From: Chloroflexota bacterium
GTDB taxonomy: Bacteria; Chloroflexota; UBA6077; FW602-bin22; DAOUAE01
DNA length: 64,000 bases
Assembly (NCBI GenBank): GCA_034433795.1
Contig: DAOUAE010000002.1
Coordinates: 133,939-197,938 of the forward strand
Reading direction: 5' to 3'
The notes below the pieces were generated by a model, which saw nothing but the letters and a program-made list of their open reading frames with translations, had not been told where the DNA came from and did no database searches. How positions within the stretch are numbered: the stretch's first letter is position 1; each line of letters begins with the position of its first letter. Below are positions 55,943 to 63,884 of this stretch, in pieces. The translations under genes and the position numbers were made by a program.

Positions 55943-57919
55943 ATGAGCCAGGACCTGGAAATCCGTCCGGTCACGGCGGTCCTCGATGAGATCGCCACCA
56001 TCCGCTTTCGCCCCGACGAGGTCGAGGTGATCGGCCGGCTCCTCCTGGGAGACCTGCCGGTGAAGCTGGCGCCGGGGACGTGGTGGGCCTACGCCCCGGA
56101 ATCAGGGCGGATCGAGTACCCTGCCCATCTGCTCGGCGAGTGGAGCGGCGCCCGGGTCCTCGGGGCCCTCTGCCACGAGGTGGCCGAAGCCATGTTCACC
56201 GGCCCGGCGGCCGCAGCGGTGATGCGCGAGTTCGGCGAGCGGGCCGAGCGGCTGGGCCTGAGCGCGGCCTCGGCGCTGCTGCTCTTGAACATCGTGAACG
56301 ACCTCCGGGTCAACGAACGCTACCTGGCCCTTCGACCGGGCAGCGCGCCCTTCCTCCGGGCCGTCTACCGTGAAGGACTCAACCTGGGGCCCCGCGTCGA
56401 TCTGCGCCGCCCGGGCGGCGGCGACCGCCCCCTGCCCCACCATCAGCTGCTCGATGCCATTCTGCGGCGCTGGGCCCGCCGGCGCTGGCCCGAGATCGCC
56501 ACGCCCGCGGTGGACGGACCGGTGGCCGCCTGCCTGCGCCGGCTGGCCCCGATCATCGACCAGGCCCTCCTCGCCCCCGACTACCACGCCTGCGCCGCGC
56601 TGGTGGCCGACCACTGCCTGGCCCCTTACGCCGAACTGGTGGCCCTGAGCCAGACCGAGATCAGCCGGGCGGCCGAGGTCGCTACGCTCGACGAGCCGGT
56701 GCCGGAGAGCCCTACGGTCGAGGACGGCGACGAGCCGGCGGAGCCGGACCAGCCCGAGCGGCCCGCCGAGACTCCCGACCAGCCGGTCCGGACCGTCGAG
56801 GTTGTGATTCCACGGAGTCTGGGGGAGGAGGCCGGGCTGGCCGACGCCGACCAGGCCGAGCCTCCCCGCGAGGGTCCGCCCACGCCGACGCCCCGTCCGG
56901 CCTCGCCGGCCAACGGCGCCCCGCCCCCGCTCCCGACCCCCCAGCGGGGCCTGGGGCGATCGGCCATCATCCTGCGGCGGTTCCGGCCCACCCGCTGGCG
57001 CCAGGGGGTGGACTACGAGAACTTCGATTACATCGCCGCGGTCCGCCGGCTGGAGCCGCTCATCGAGGCCGCCCTCTACGGCCGCGACGGCAAAAAGGGC
57101 CTGGTCGAGATCCTCAATCAGCGGCGGTTTGGGACGAGCGACCCCTGGCGACGCCCCCGCCGCCACCGCCGCGGCGACTCGGGCGAGATCGACGAGGACC
57201 GCCCGGAGAATCTGATCATCGATCCGGCTCTGGCTTTCCTCAAGGGCACCCGCCAGCACCGTGACGACAGCCTGAAGGACTTCGCCAACGCCATCCTCCT
57301 CGACGTCTCGGGCAGCGTGGTCCAGCGCGGCTACCCCTCGCGCAAGTTCGACCAGCTGGTCGATACGACCGTGCTCTTCATCGAGATCCACGAACGGCTG
57401 AAACTGCCCTACCAGGTGATGTGCTTCAGCGAGGAGACGCGGGTGCTACGCAGTTTCGCCGAGTGCGCCTATGATTCCATGCACATCGCCCCGGCCTCAG
57501 CCTATGTGATCAAGGACTTCAGCTACCTTATCCGCGAGATGTACCACCTCGAGCACGGCGAGACCCACGACGGCCCGGCTCTCCAGCGGGCCGTTCAGGA
57601 CGTCCTGGCCCAGCGCGGCCTCAAGACGATTCTGATCGTCACCGACGGCATCTCCTCGGATCGCGCCGCCCTGGTCGATATGCTGGTGGCCATCGACGAG
57701 CGCAACAGCGTGGTCCCGCCGCACGAGCGGCTGAGCGTCCTGGCCTTCGGGGTGGGGCTGGCCGAGGCCGAGTTCAAGGCCTCCTACGAGCCGGTGGTCA
57801 ACGGCGCACCGGTCGCCTGCGCCCGGGGGCACCTGGTGCCCGATATCGAGGCGCTGCCGGGGATCATCTGCCAGGCCCTGGAGGAGCGCATCCGGGCCGA
57901 GGGGCGGGCGGCGGCCTGA
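55943..57919 (+). CDS. VWA/MIDAS protein with N-terminal zincin-like (degenerate HExxH) domain and acidic Pro-rich linker
   Basis: The N-terminus resembles DUF2201_N-type peptidase-like domains (LCHEVAEAMF...LLLNIVNDLRVNERY). aa ~235-330 are acidic/Pro-rich. The C-terminal VWA has MIDAS residues DVSGS (57302-57316), GETHDG and VTDG. Starts 4 nt after the ATPase stop. Confidence 0.8.
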   Translation: MSQDLEIRPVTAVLDEIATIRFRPDEVEVIGRLLLGDLPVKLAPGTWWAYAPESGRIEYPAHLLGEWSGARVLGALCHEVAEAMFTGPAAAAVMREFGERAERLGLSAASALLLLNIVNDLRVNERYLALRPGSAPFLRAVYREGLNLGPRVDLRRPGGGDRPLPHHQLLDAILRRWARRRWPEIATPAVDGPVAACLRRLAPIIDQALLAPDYHACAALVADHCLAPYAELVALSQTEISRAAEVATLDEPVPESPTVEDGDEPAEPDQPERPAETPDQPVRTVEVVIPRSLGEEAGLADADQAEPPREGPPTPTPRPASPANGAPPPLPTPQRGLGRSAIILRRFRPTRWRQGVDYENFDYIAAVRRLEPLIEAALYGRDGKKGLVEILNQRRFGTSDPWRRPRRHRRGDSGEIDEDRPENLIIDPALAFLKGTRQHRDDSLKDFANAILLDVSGSVVQRGYPSRKFDQLVDTTVLFIEIHERLKLPYQVMCFSEETRVLRSFAECAYDSMHIAPASAYVIKDFSYLIREMYHLEHGETHDGPALQRAVQDVLAQRGLKTILIVTDGISSDRAALVDMLVAIDERNSVVPPHERLSVLAFGVGLAEAEFKASYEPVVNGAPVACARGHLVPDIEALPGIICQALEERIRAEGRAAA

Positions 57920-57920
57920 C

Positions 57921-59630
57921 CTAACGGCGCTGGAAGTCCCGCTCCAGCTGGCTGGCGCTGAGCCGCAACACGGTGGGCCGGCCGTGCGGGCAGTAGCGCG
58001 AGTGCATGACCCCTTCCAGCCGCTCGACCAGCTCGATCATGGCCTCCGGTGTCAGCGGATCGCCAGCCCGGACCGCGCTGTGGCAGGCCAGGGTGGCCAG
58101 CAGGGGATCGGTCTCCTCCGCAGGCGGACGGCCAAGGGCCATCGCCTGAAGCAGCGCCCCCAGGGCCTCGGCCGGCCCCGAGCGCAGACCGGCCGGCACG
58201 GTCCGCACCAGCAGGCTGCCCGGACCGAACGGTTCGACGGTGAACCCCAGTTCGGCCAGCGTCGTGGCCTGCTCTTCGGCCACCGCCCGGTGCTCCGGCG
58301 GGAGATCGACCACCAGCGGCTCCAGCAGAGCCTGGGCGGCCAGACCCCCGCGGGCCCGCTGGGCCCGCAGCTCCTCATAGCGTACCCGCTCATGGGCGGC
58401 GTGCTGGTCGATGACGTAGAGACCGTCGGGCCCCTCGGCCACGATGTAGGTGTTCTGGACCTGCCCCAGAACGCGCAGGGCCGGCCATCGGCCGGTGGTC
58501 GGCGCGGACGCCGGCCGGGAATCGGCCGGCGAGGCCGGCCGGGCGGCCGGAGGAACGGGTGAGAGCGGCAGCGCCGGCTGGGCGGCCGGCGCCGGCGGCT
58601 CGACCACCGTCACCCGGCTCACCACGGGCAGAGGCGCCAGGTCCAGAAGCGCCGAGCGGACGGTGCGCTGGAGGAGAGCGAAGACCGCCCGCTCGCGCCG
58701 CAGCCGGACCTCGGTCTTGGCCGGGTGCACGTTGACGTCGACCTCGTCCACCGGCACGGTCAGATGGAACACACCGACCGGGTGCCGGCCGTCCGGGAGA
58801 TAGGGCCGATAGGCCTCCTCGACGGCCAGCGCCAGCAGCCGCCCCTGGACCGGCCGGCGGTTGACGGCGAAGAAGAGCCACTGACGGGTTGGCCGGGCCA
58901 GGTCGGGCGGGGCCAGCACCGCCCGCAGGTGAAGGGGCGCGCCCTCCAGGTCGGCCTGCTCGACGGTCACCAGGCGGTCGGCCATCTCCGGTCCGATCAG
59001 GCGGGCCAGGATCGCCGCCGGGTCGCTCTGGCCGCCACAGCCGAGCACCTCGCGACCGTCGCTGAGCAGGGTGAAGCGGACCTCGGGGAAGGTCACGGCG
59101 TAGTGCCAGAGGAGATGCAGAATCTGCTGGCCCTCGGCCGCCGGACTCCGGAGGAAGCGTCGCCGGGCCGGAGTATTGTAGAACAGGTGGCGCACCGTGA
59201 CCGTGGTGCCCGGCGGGCCGGGTCGGAACTCCCGGTGCCGGACCACCCCACCCTCCAGAGCCAGAAAGAGGGCGGCCGGCTGGTCCGGCGGACGGGTCAA
59301 CAGACTGACCTGGGCGACGGCGGCGATGCTCGGCAGGGCCTCGCCCCGAAAGCCCAGGGTGCGGATCCGCCCCAGATCGGCCGCTGTGCTGATCTTGCTG
59401 GTGGCGTGGCGGGCGAAGGCCAGCTCCGCCTCGGCGGCCGGGATGCCGAGGCCGTTATCGGTCACCCGGATGAGCTCCAGCCCACCCTGGCGGATCTCGA
59501 CGGTGATCGTGTCGGCACCGGCGTCCAGACTGTTGTCCAGCAGCTCCTTGACCACCAAGGCCGGCCGCTCGACCACCTCACCGGCCCGCACCTGGGCGGC
59601 GACCGCGGGAGGCAGAACGCGGATGGGCAC
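57921..59630 (-). CDS. mutL: DNA mismatch repair protein MutL
   Basis: IRVLPPAVAAQVRAGEVVERPALVVKELLDNSLDAGA is the GHKL ATPase N-terminus, with a collinear C-terminal dimerisation domain. GTG 59630 is preferred because a minus-strand -10 box lies inside the longer ORF. Confidence 0.92.
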   Translation of the reverse strand: MPIRVLPPAVAAQVRAGEVVERPALVVKELLDNSLDAGADTITVEIRQGGLELIRVTDNGLGIPAAEAELAFARHATSKISTAADLGRIRTLGFRGEALPSIAAVAQVSLLTRPPDQPAALFLALEGGVVRHREFRPGPPGTTVTVRHLFYNTPARRRFLRSPAAEGQQILHLLWHYAVTFPEVRFTLLSDGREVLGCGGQSDPAAILARLIGPEMADRLVTVEQADLEGAPLHLRAVLAPPDLARPTRQWLFFAVNRRPVQGRLLALAVEEAYRPYLPDGRHPVGVFHLTVPVDEVDVNVHPAKTEVRLRRERAVFALLQRTVRSALLDLAPLPVVSRVTVVEPPAPAAQPALPLSPVPPAARPASPADSRPASAPTTGRWPALRVLGQVQNTYIVAEGPDGLYVIDQHAAHERVRYEELRAQRARGGLAAQALLEPLVVDLPPEHRAVAEEQATTLAELGFTVEPFGPGSLLVRTVPAGLRSGPAEALGALLQAMALGRPPAEETDPLLATLACHSAVRAGDPLTPEAMIELVERLEGVMHSRYCPHGRPTVLRLSASQLERDFQRR

Positions 59631-59661
59631 GGCAGCGCTCCAGAACCGGCGGCTTGTCTCT

Positions 59662-59667
59662 ATTGTA
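59662..59667 (-). promoter_or_regulatory. candidate -10 box TACAAT (minus strand) for mutL
   Basis: The reverse complement of ATTGTA at 59662-59667 is TACAAT, 32 nt upstream of GTG 59630. The -35 is weak. Confidence 0.35.
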
Positions 59668-59705
59668 CCCAGGAGCCGCCGGGGCGTCATCCCGGAGAGG
59701 CGGAA

Positions 59706-59734
59706 TTGACGGCGGTCGGGAAAGCGGCTAGGAT
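59706..59734 (+). promoter_or_regulatory. promoter TTGACG-17-TAGGAT for the RidA/amidohydrolase cluster
   Basis: TTGACG at 59706-59711, a 17-nt spacer and TAGGAT at 59729-59734, followed by GGAGAGG and ATG 59801. Confidence 0.55.
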
Positions 59735-59800
59735 GAGGCACGAACGGCCGTCGCCTGGACTTTCGGCCGCTGCCAGCCCAGATCTGGAGAGGTGACCGCG

Positions 59801-60256
59801 ATGCATCCAGAGGAACGACTCCGCCAGCTCGGCTACACGCTCAAGCCCGTGGACCTGGGCACCCGCCCGCTCATCCCCTACGTCCGGACCGGCAACCTGC
59901 TCTTCCTGTCCGGTCACGGTCCCGACTGGGAGGGCCGGACCTGGCGCGGCAAACTCGGCCAGGAGTACACGGTCGAGGAGGGCTACGAGGCCGCCCGCTA
60001 CTGCGCCCTCAACCTGCTTTCGGCGGCCAAGGCCGCGCTGGGCGATCTGGCCCGCGTGCGACGGGTGGTCAAGGTTCTGGGAATGGTCAACTCGACCCCC
60101 GATTTCACCCAGCAGCCCCAGGTGATCAACGGCTGCTCGGACCTCCTGGTGGCCGTCTTCGGCGAGAACGGCCGCCACGCCCGCTCGGCGGTGGGCATGG
60201 CCTCGCTGCCCGGCGGCATCCCGGTCGAGATCGAGATGATTCTCGAGGTGGAGTGA
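59801..60256 (+). CDS. RidA/YjgF/TdcF-family (endoribonuclease L-PSP fold) protein
   Basis: YVRTGNLLFLSGHGP ... ARSAVGMASLPGGIPVEIEMILEV is typical of the RidA family. ATG 59801 lies 8 nt after GGAGAGG. Confidence 0.85.
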   Translation: MHPEERLRQLGYTLKPVDLGTRPLIPYVRTGNLLFLSGHGPDWEGRTWRGKLGQEYTVEEGYEAARYCALNLLSAAKAALGDLARVRRVVKVLGMVNSTPDFTQQPQVINGCSDLLVAVFGENGRHARSAVGMASLPGGIPVEIEMILEVE

Positions 60257-61356
60257 TGGACCGGAGCCGCGAGATCGGGGTCAAACGCGAGCGGGTGCGG
60301 GCCTATCTGCGCCAGCACCGGCTGGCCGGCCTGTTGCTGACCCGCACCGAGAACTTCGCCTGGTACACCGCCGGCGGCGACAACCACATCCTGACCGGCG
60401 CCGAGGCGGGGGCAGCCTCGCTCCTCATCACCCCCGACCGCGAGTACCTGGTGGCCCCCAACAACGAACTCAACCGCCTGCGCGACGAAGAGGTGAGCGG
60501 GCTGGGCTTCGAGCCGGTGGAGTACCCATGGTACGAGGCCGGGCAGTTCCCAGCCCTGGTCCAGAAGCTGGCCAGCGGGGCGGTGGCCAGCGACCTCCCG
60601 GTCGAGGGGACCCAGCCGCTCCCGCCCGGCTTCGACGACCTGCGCGTCCCGCTCCTGGAGGACGAGATCGAGCGCTACCGCTGGCTCTGCGCCCGGGCCA
60701 GCCGGGCCATGGCCGAGGCCGCTCGCTCGATCCACCCCGGCCAGACCGAGCACGAGATCGCCGCCGTTCTCAACGGCCGGCTGGTGGCCCACGGGATCGT
60801 GCCACGGGTGACGCTCATCGCCACCGACGACCGCATCGCCCGCTACCGGCATCCTATCCCCAGCGAGAAACGCCTGACCTGGACGGCGATGCTGGTCACG
60901 GTGGCCTACAAATGGGGGCTCCACGCCTGCCTGACGCGCATGGTCCACTTCGGGCCGATCCCGCTGGACCTGCGTCAGCGCCACCAGGTGGTCACCCGCC
61001 TCTTTGCCTACTGCGTCGAGGAGAGCCGACCAGGCCGGCCGGTGGCCGAGATCTTCCGGGGGCTGCAGGCCAGGTACGCCGAACTGGGCTACCCCGACGA
61101 GTGGAAGGCCCACCATCAGGGCGGCCCCACCGGCTACCGACCGCGCGACTACCTGGCCACGCCGGACTGCCCCGGCGTCCTCCAGGCCAACCAGGCCGTG
61201 GCCTGGAACCCGTCGGTGGCCGGAGCCAAGGCCGAGGACACTATTCTCATCACCGCCGAGGGCTTCGAAAACCTGACCGAAACCCCCGGCTGGCCGGCCG
61301 AGGAGATCAAACTCGCCACCGGCAGCCTGCGGGTGGCCGGCATCCTGCAACGCTGA
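60253..61356 (+). CDS. M24-fold (creatinase/prolidase/aminopeptidase P-like) hydrolase
   Basis: Creatinase-type N-domain plus pita-bread C-domain (HEIAAVLNG..., HHQGGPTGY, AKAEDTILIT). The two Asp metal ligands expected in true M24 peptidases are not obvious by eye. Start is GTG 60253 or ATG 60256. Confidence 0.75.
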   Translation: MMDRSREIGVKRERVRAYLRQHRLAGLLLTRTENFAWYTAGGDNHILTGAEAGAASLLITPDREYLVAPNNELNRLRDEEVSGLGFEPVEYPWYEAGQFPALVQKLASGAVASDLPVEGTQPLPPGFDDLRVPLLEDEIERYRWLCARASRAMAEAARSIHPGQTEHEIAAVLNGRLVAHGIVPRVTLIATDDRIARYRHPIPSEKRLTWTAMLVTVAYKWGLHACLTRMVHFGPIPLDLRQRHQVVTRLFAYCVEESRPGRPVAEIFRGLQARYAELGYPDEWKAHHQGGPTGYRPRDYLATPDCPGVLQANQAVAWNPSVAGAKAEDTILITAEGFENLTETPGWPAEEIKLATGSLRVAGILQR

Positions 61357-61390
61357 GAGAGCCCGGCGGTTGCGGCCGGCGGCCGGGCCG

Positions 61391-61399
61391 TGCTAGGAT
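61391..61399 (+). promoter_or_regulatory. extended -10-like element TGCTAGGAT
   Basis: TGCTAGGAT at 61391-61399, 38 nt upstream of ATG 61437, with AGGTGAG at 61426-61432. Confidence 0.4.
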
Positions 61400-61436
61400 C
61401 GCCGCAGAGACACTCCCGAGGCCACAGGTGAGCACA

Positions 61437-62051
61437 ATGGCGGTGGGGCGCACCGACGAAGACGGCCGCCGCTGCCCCTGGTGCGGCAGCACGGCCGTTA
61501 GCACCCGTCGGCGCTGGCCGCGCGGGTGGGCCTGGCTCTGGATCATCTTCCCCCCGGCCTGGCCGCTCCTTCTGGCTGAGGCGTTCGGCCGCCCACCCGA
61601 TTGCTCATGCCGGCGCTGCGGCATGCGGTGGGAGCGGGGCCTGCGGCTGCCGCCCCCGGCGCCGGCCCGCTTCGAGGACCTGCCCGGCGCCACCGCCTGG
61701 CCCGGCCTGGTCCGCCACCGCCCGGAGACCCCGACGGCCCCGGCCCCGCCGAGTCGCGAGGTCCGGCTGGTGGCCTCGCCGGGCGCCTGCCGGACCTGCC
61801 GGACCGCGGCCGGCGTCTACGATGCCGACAAGGCACCGACGCTGCCCATCGCCGGCTGCACCTGCCCCGAGGGCTGCCGGTGCACGCTCGTCCCGTTGGA
61901 GCCGACCAGCCCGACTGACCCCCCCGGTGAGGAGGCGGACCGTGGCCGTGCATCACTTTCAGCCGACCCACTACCACGTGACCCTTGGGCCGCATCCACC
62001 CGTCTTACGCATCGGCGACGGCGACTCGGTGATCACCGTCACCGTGGATAA
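61437..62051 (+). CDS. Cys-rich zinc-ribbon membrane protein (hypothetical)
   Basis: CPWCGS-(TM helix WAWLWIIFPPAWPLLLAEAF)-CSCRRCG, then a C-terminal CRTC...GCTCPEGCRC cluster. GC3-rich until ~61940. The last 110 nt overlap the next gene out of frame. Confidence 0.55.
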   Translation: MAVGRTDEDGRRCPWCGSTAVSTRRRWPRGWAWLWIIFPPAWPLLLAEAFGRPPDCSCRRCGMRWERGLRLPPPAPARFEDLPGATAWPGLVRHRPETPTAPAPPSREVRLVASPGACRTCRTAAGVYDADKAPTLPIAGCTCPEGCRCTLVPLEPTSPTDPPGEEADRGRASLSADPLPRDPWAASTRLTHRRRRLGDHRHRG

Positions 62052-62871
62052 CGCCGGCCGCGATGCGGCCGACCGGCCGGTCACCGCCCCCGGCAATCCC
62101 CAGACCGGTCCCTTCTTCGTCGAGGGGGCCGAGCCCGGTGACGTTCTGGCGGTCCATTTCGACCGCATCTGGCCCAACCGCCGGCTCGGACGAAGCCGGG
62201 CCGTCCTGGCCCCCCATGTCGTCGACCCGGCCTTCGTCCCCTCGCTGCCCCGCGAGCAGCCGCTCATCGAATGGGACCTGGACCTGGAGAACGGCCTGGC
62301 CAGACCCTGTCCGCCGCTGCCGGGTCTGGAGACCCTGACCGTTCCCCTCCGGCCGCTGCTGGGCTGTTTTGGCGTGGCTCCGCCGCGCGGGCAGGCCCTC
62401 TCGACCGCGGTGGCCTCGACCCACGGCGGCAACATGGACTACCGGGGCTTCACCGCCGGGGTCACAGTCTACTTCCCGGTCTTCGTCTCTGGCGCCCTCT
62501 TTCACCTGGGCGACGGCCACGCCGCCCAGGGCGATGGCGAGATCGTCGGCACCGGTATCGAGGTCTCGATGACGGTGCAGTTCACCGTCCGGGTCATCAA
62601 GGGCTGGTCCATCGCCTGGCCCCGCGCCGAGGACGCCGACGCCCTCATGACCATCGGCAACGACCGGCCGCTCGACGCCGCTCTCCAGCACGCCACCACC
62701 GAGATGGTCCGCTGGCTCCAGGAGGACTACGATCTGCCGCCCACCACCGCCCAGACTCTCCTCGGCCAGTGCGTCGAGTACGCCGTCGGCAACGTCTACA
62801 ACCCCACCTACACGGTGGTCTGCCGGCTGGCCAAGCGCTGGCTGCCCGCCGGCCGACGAGGAGGTGGTTGA
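61942..62871 (+). CDS. acetamidase/formamidase-family amidohydrolase
   Basis: GTG 61942 lies 6 nt after GGAGG. HHFQPTHYHVTLGP..PVLRI..GDSV...TGPFFVEGAEPGDVLAV...GGNMDYRG...FHLGDGHAAQGDGE is the FmdA/AmdA-family pattern. Confidence 0.85.
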   Translation: MAVHHFQPTHYHVTLGPHPPVLRIGDGDSVITVTVDNAGRDAADRPVTAPGNPQTGPFFVEGAEPGDVLAVHFDRIWPNRRLGRSRAVLAPHVVDPAFVPSLPREQPLIEWDLDLENGLARPCPPLPGLETLTVPLRPLLGCFGVAPPRGQALSTAVASTHGGNMDYRGFTAGVTVYFPVFVSGALFHLGDGHAAQGDGEIVGTGIEVSMTVQFTVRVIKGWSIAWPRAEDADALMTIGNDRPLDAALQHATTEMVRWLQEDYDLPPTTAQTLLGQCVEYAVGNVYNPTYTVVCRLAKRWLPAGRRGGG

Positions 62872-63884
62872 TGGCCACCATGCGCATCGGGATCATCGGG
62901 GCCGGGACCATCGCCCGCGACCACCTGCGGGCCCTGCTGGCCCTGGAGGGGGTGGAGATCGTCGGGGTCGTCGACCCGGTCCAGGAGCGGGCGATGGCCC
63001 TGGCGCAGCTGGCCGGAGCCCCGGCCCTCGCCGAGGAGAGCGCCCTCTACGACCGGCGGCCCCAGGCCGTCTGGCTCTGCACGCCCCCCGACCTGCACCC
63101 CGATCAGACCGTCCGGGCCGCCGAGGCCGGCTGCCACGTCTTCTGCGAGAAGCCTATCGCCCTGGACCTGGCCGGGGCCGATCGGATGATCGCCGCCTGC
63201 CGACGGGCCGGCGTGCACCTGATGGTGGGGCAGGTCATCCGCTACTATCCGGAGACGCTAGCGCTGAAGCGCCTGGTGGAGGAGGGCGCGCTCGGCCAGC
63301 CGCTCGTCGTCTTCGGCCGGCGGCTGCTGGCGGCCCGGCCGGAGACTTTCCCCGCCTGGCGACTGGATCCGCGCCGGTCGGGCGGCTTCGCCGTCGAATC
63401 CGAGGTCCACGAGGTGGACACCATCCGCTGGCTGGGCGGCGAGGTTGTCCGGGTCGTCGGGCAGGTGGGCTACGGCTGGGCGGAACATCCCGACTTCGAC
63501 ACGGTCGTCCACGGCCTTTTCACCCTGGCCAGCGGCGCCGCCGGCCTGCTGGAGGCCAGCCTGCAGAGCGGGCTGCGCCGGTGGGAGTGGGGCGTCATCG
63601 GCCACCGGGCCACCGCCTACTCCCCGCGCCGGGGCGAGGTGCGGCTCATCCGACTCGCCGACCAGCATGAAGAGGTGATCCCGGTCGAACCGGTGGTCGA
63701 TCCGGCCACCGGGGTCAACCGCAGCATGCAGGCCGAAAACCGGGAGTTCCTGGAGGCCATTCGGGCCGACCGCCCGCCGGCCATCCCCGGCGAGGAGGGC
63801 CGGGCCGACCTGGCCGTGGTCCTGGCTCTCCTCCAGTCGGCCCGCGAGGGCCGCCCGGTCAGCCTCGCCCCCGCCGGGGGGTGA
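62871..63884 (+). CDS. Gfo/Idh/MocA-family NAD(P)-dependent oxidoreductase
   Basis: MRIGIIGAGTIARDHL Rossmann N-terminus, the EKP motif (VFCEKPIAL) and a C-terminal alpha/beta domain. TGATG overlap with the formamidase gene. Confidence 0.9.
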   Translation: MATMRIGIIGAGTIARDHLRALLALEGVEIVGVVDPVQERAMALAQLAGAPALAEESALYDRRPQAVWLCTPPDLHPDQTVRAAEAGCHVFCEKPIALDLAGADRMIAACRRAGVHLMVGQVIRYYPETLALKRLVEEGALGQPLVVFGRRLLAARPETFPAWRLDPRRSGGFAVESEVHEVDTIRWLGGEVVRVVGQVGYGWAEHPDFDTVVHGLFTLASGAAGLLEASLQSGLRRWEWGVIGHRATAYSPRRGEVRLIRLADQHEEVIPVEPVVDPATGVNRSMQAENREFLEAIRADRPPAIPGEEGRADLAVVLALLQSAREGRPVSLAPAGG

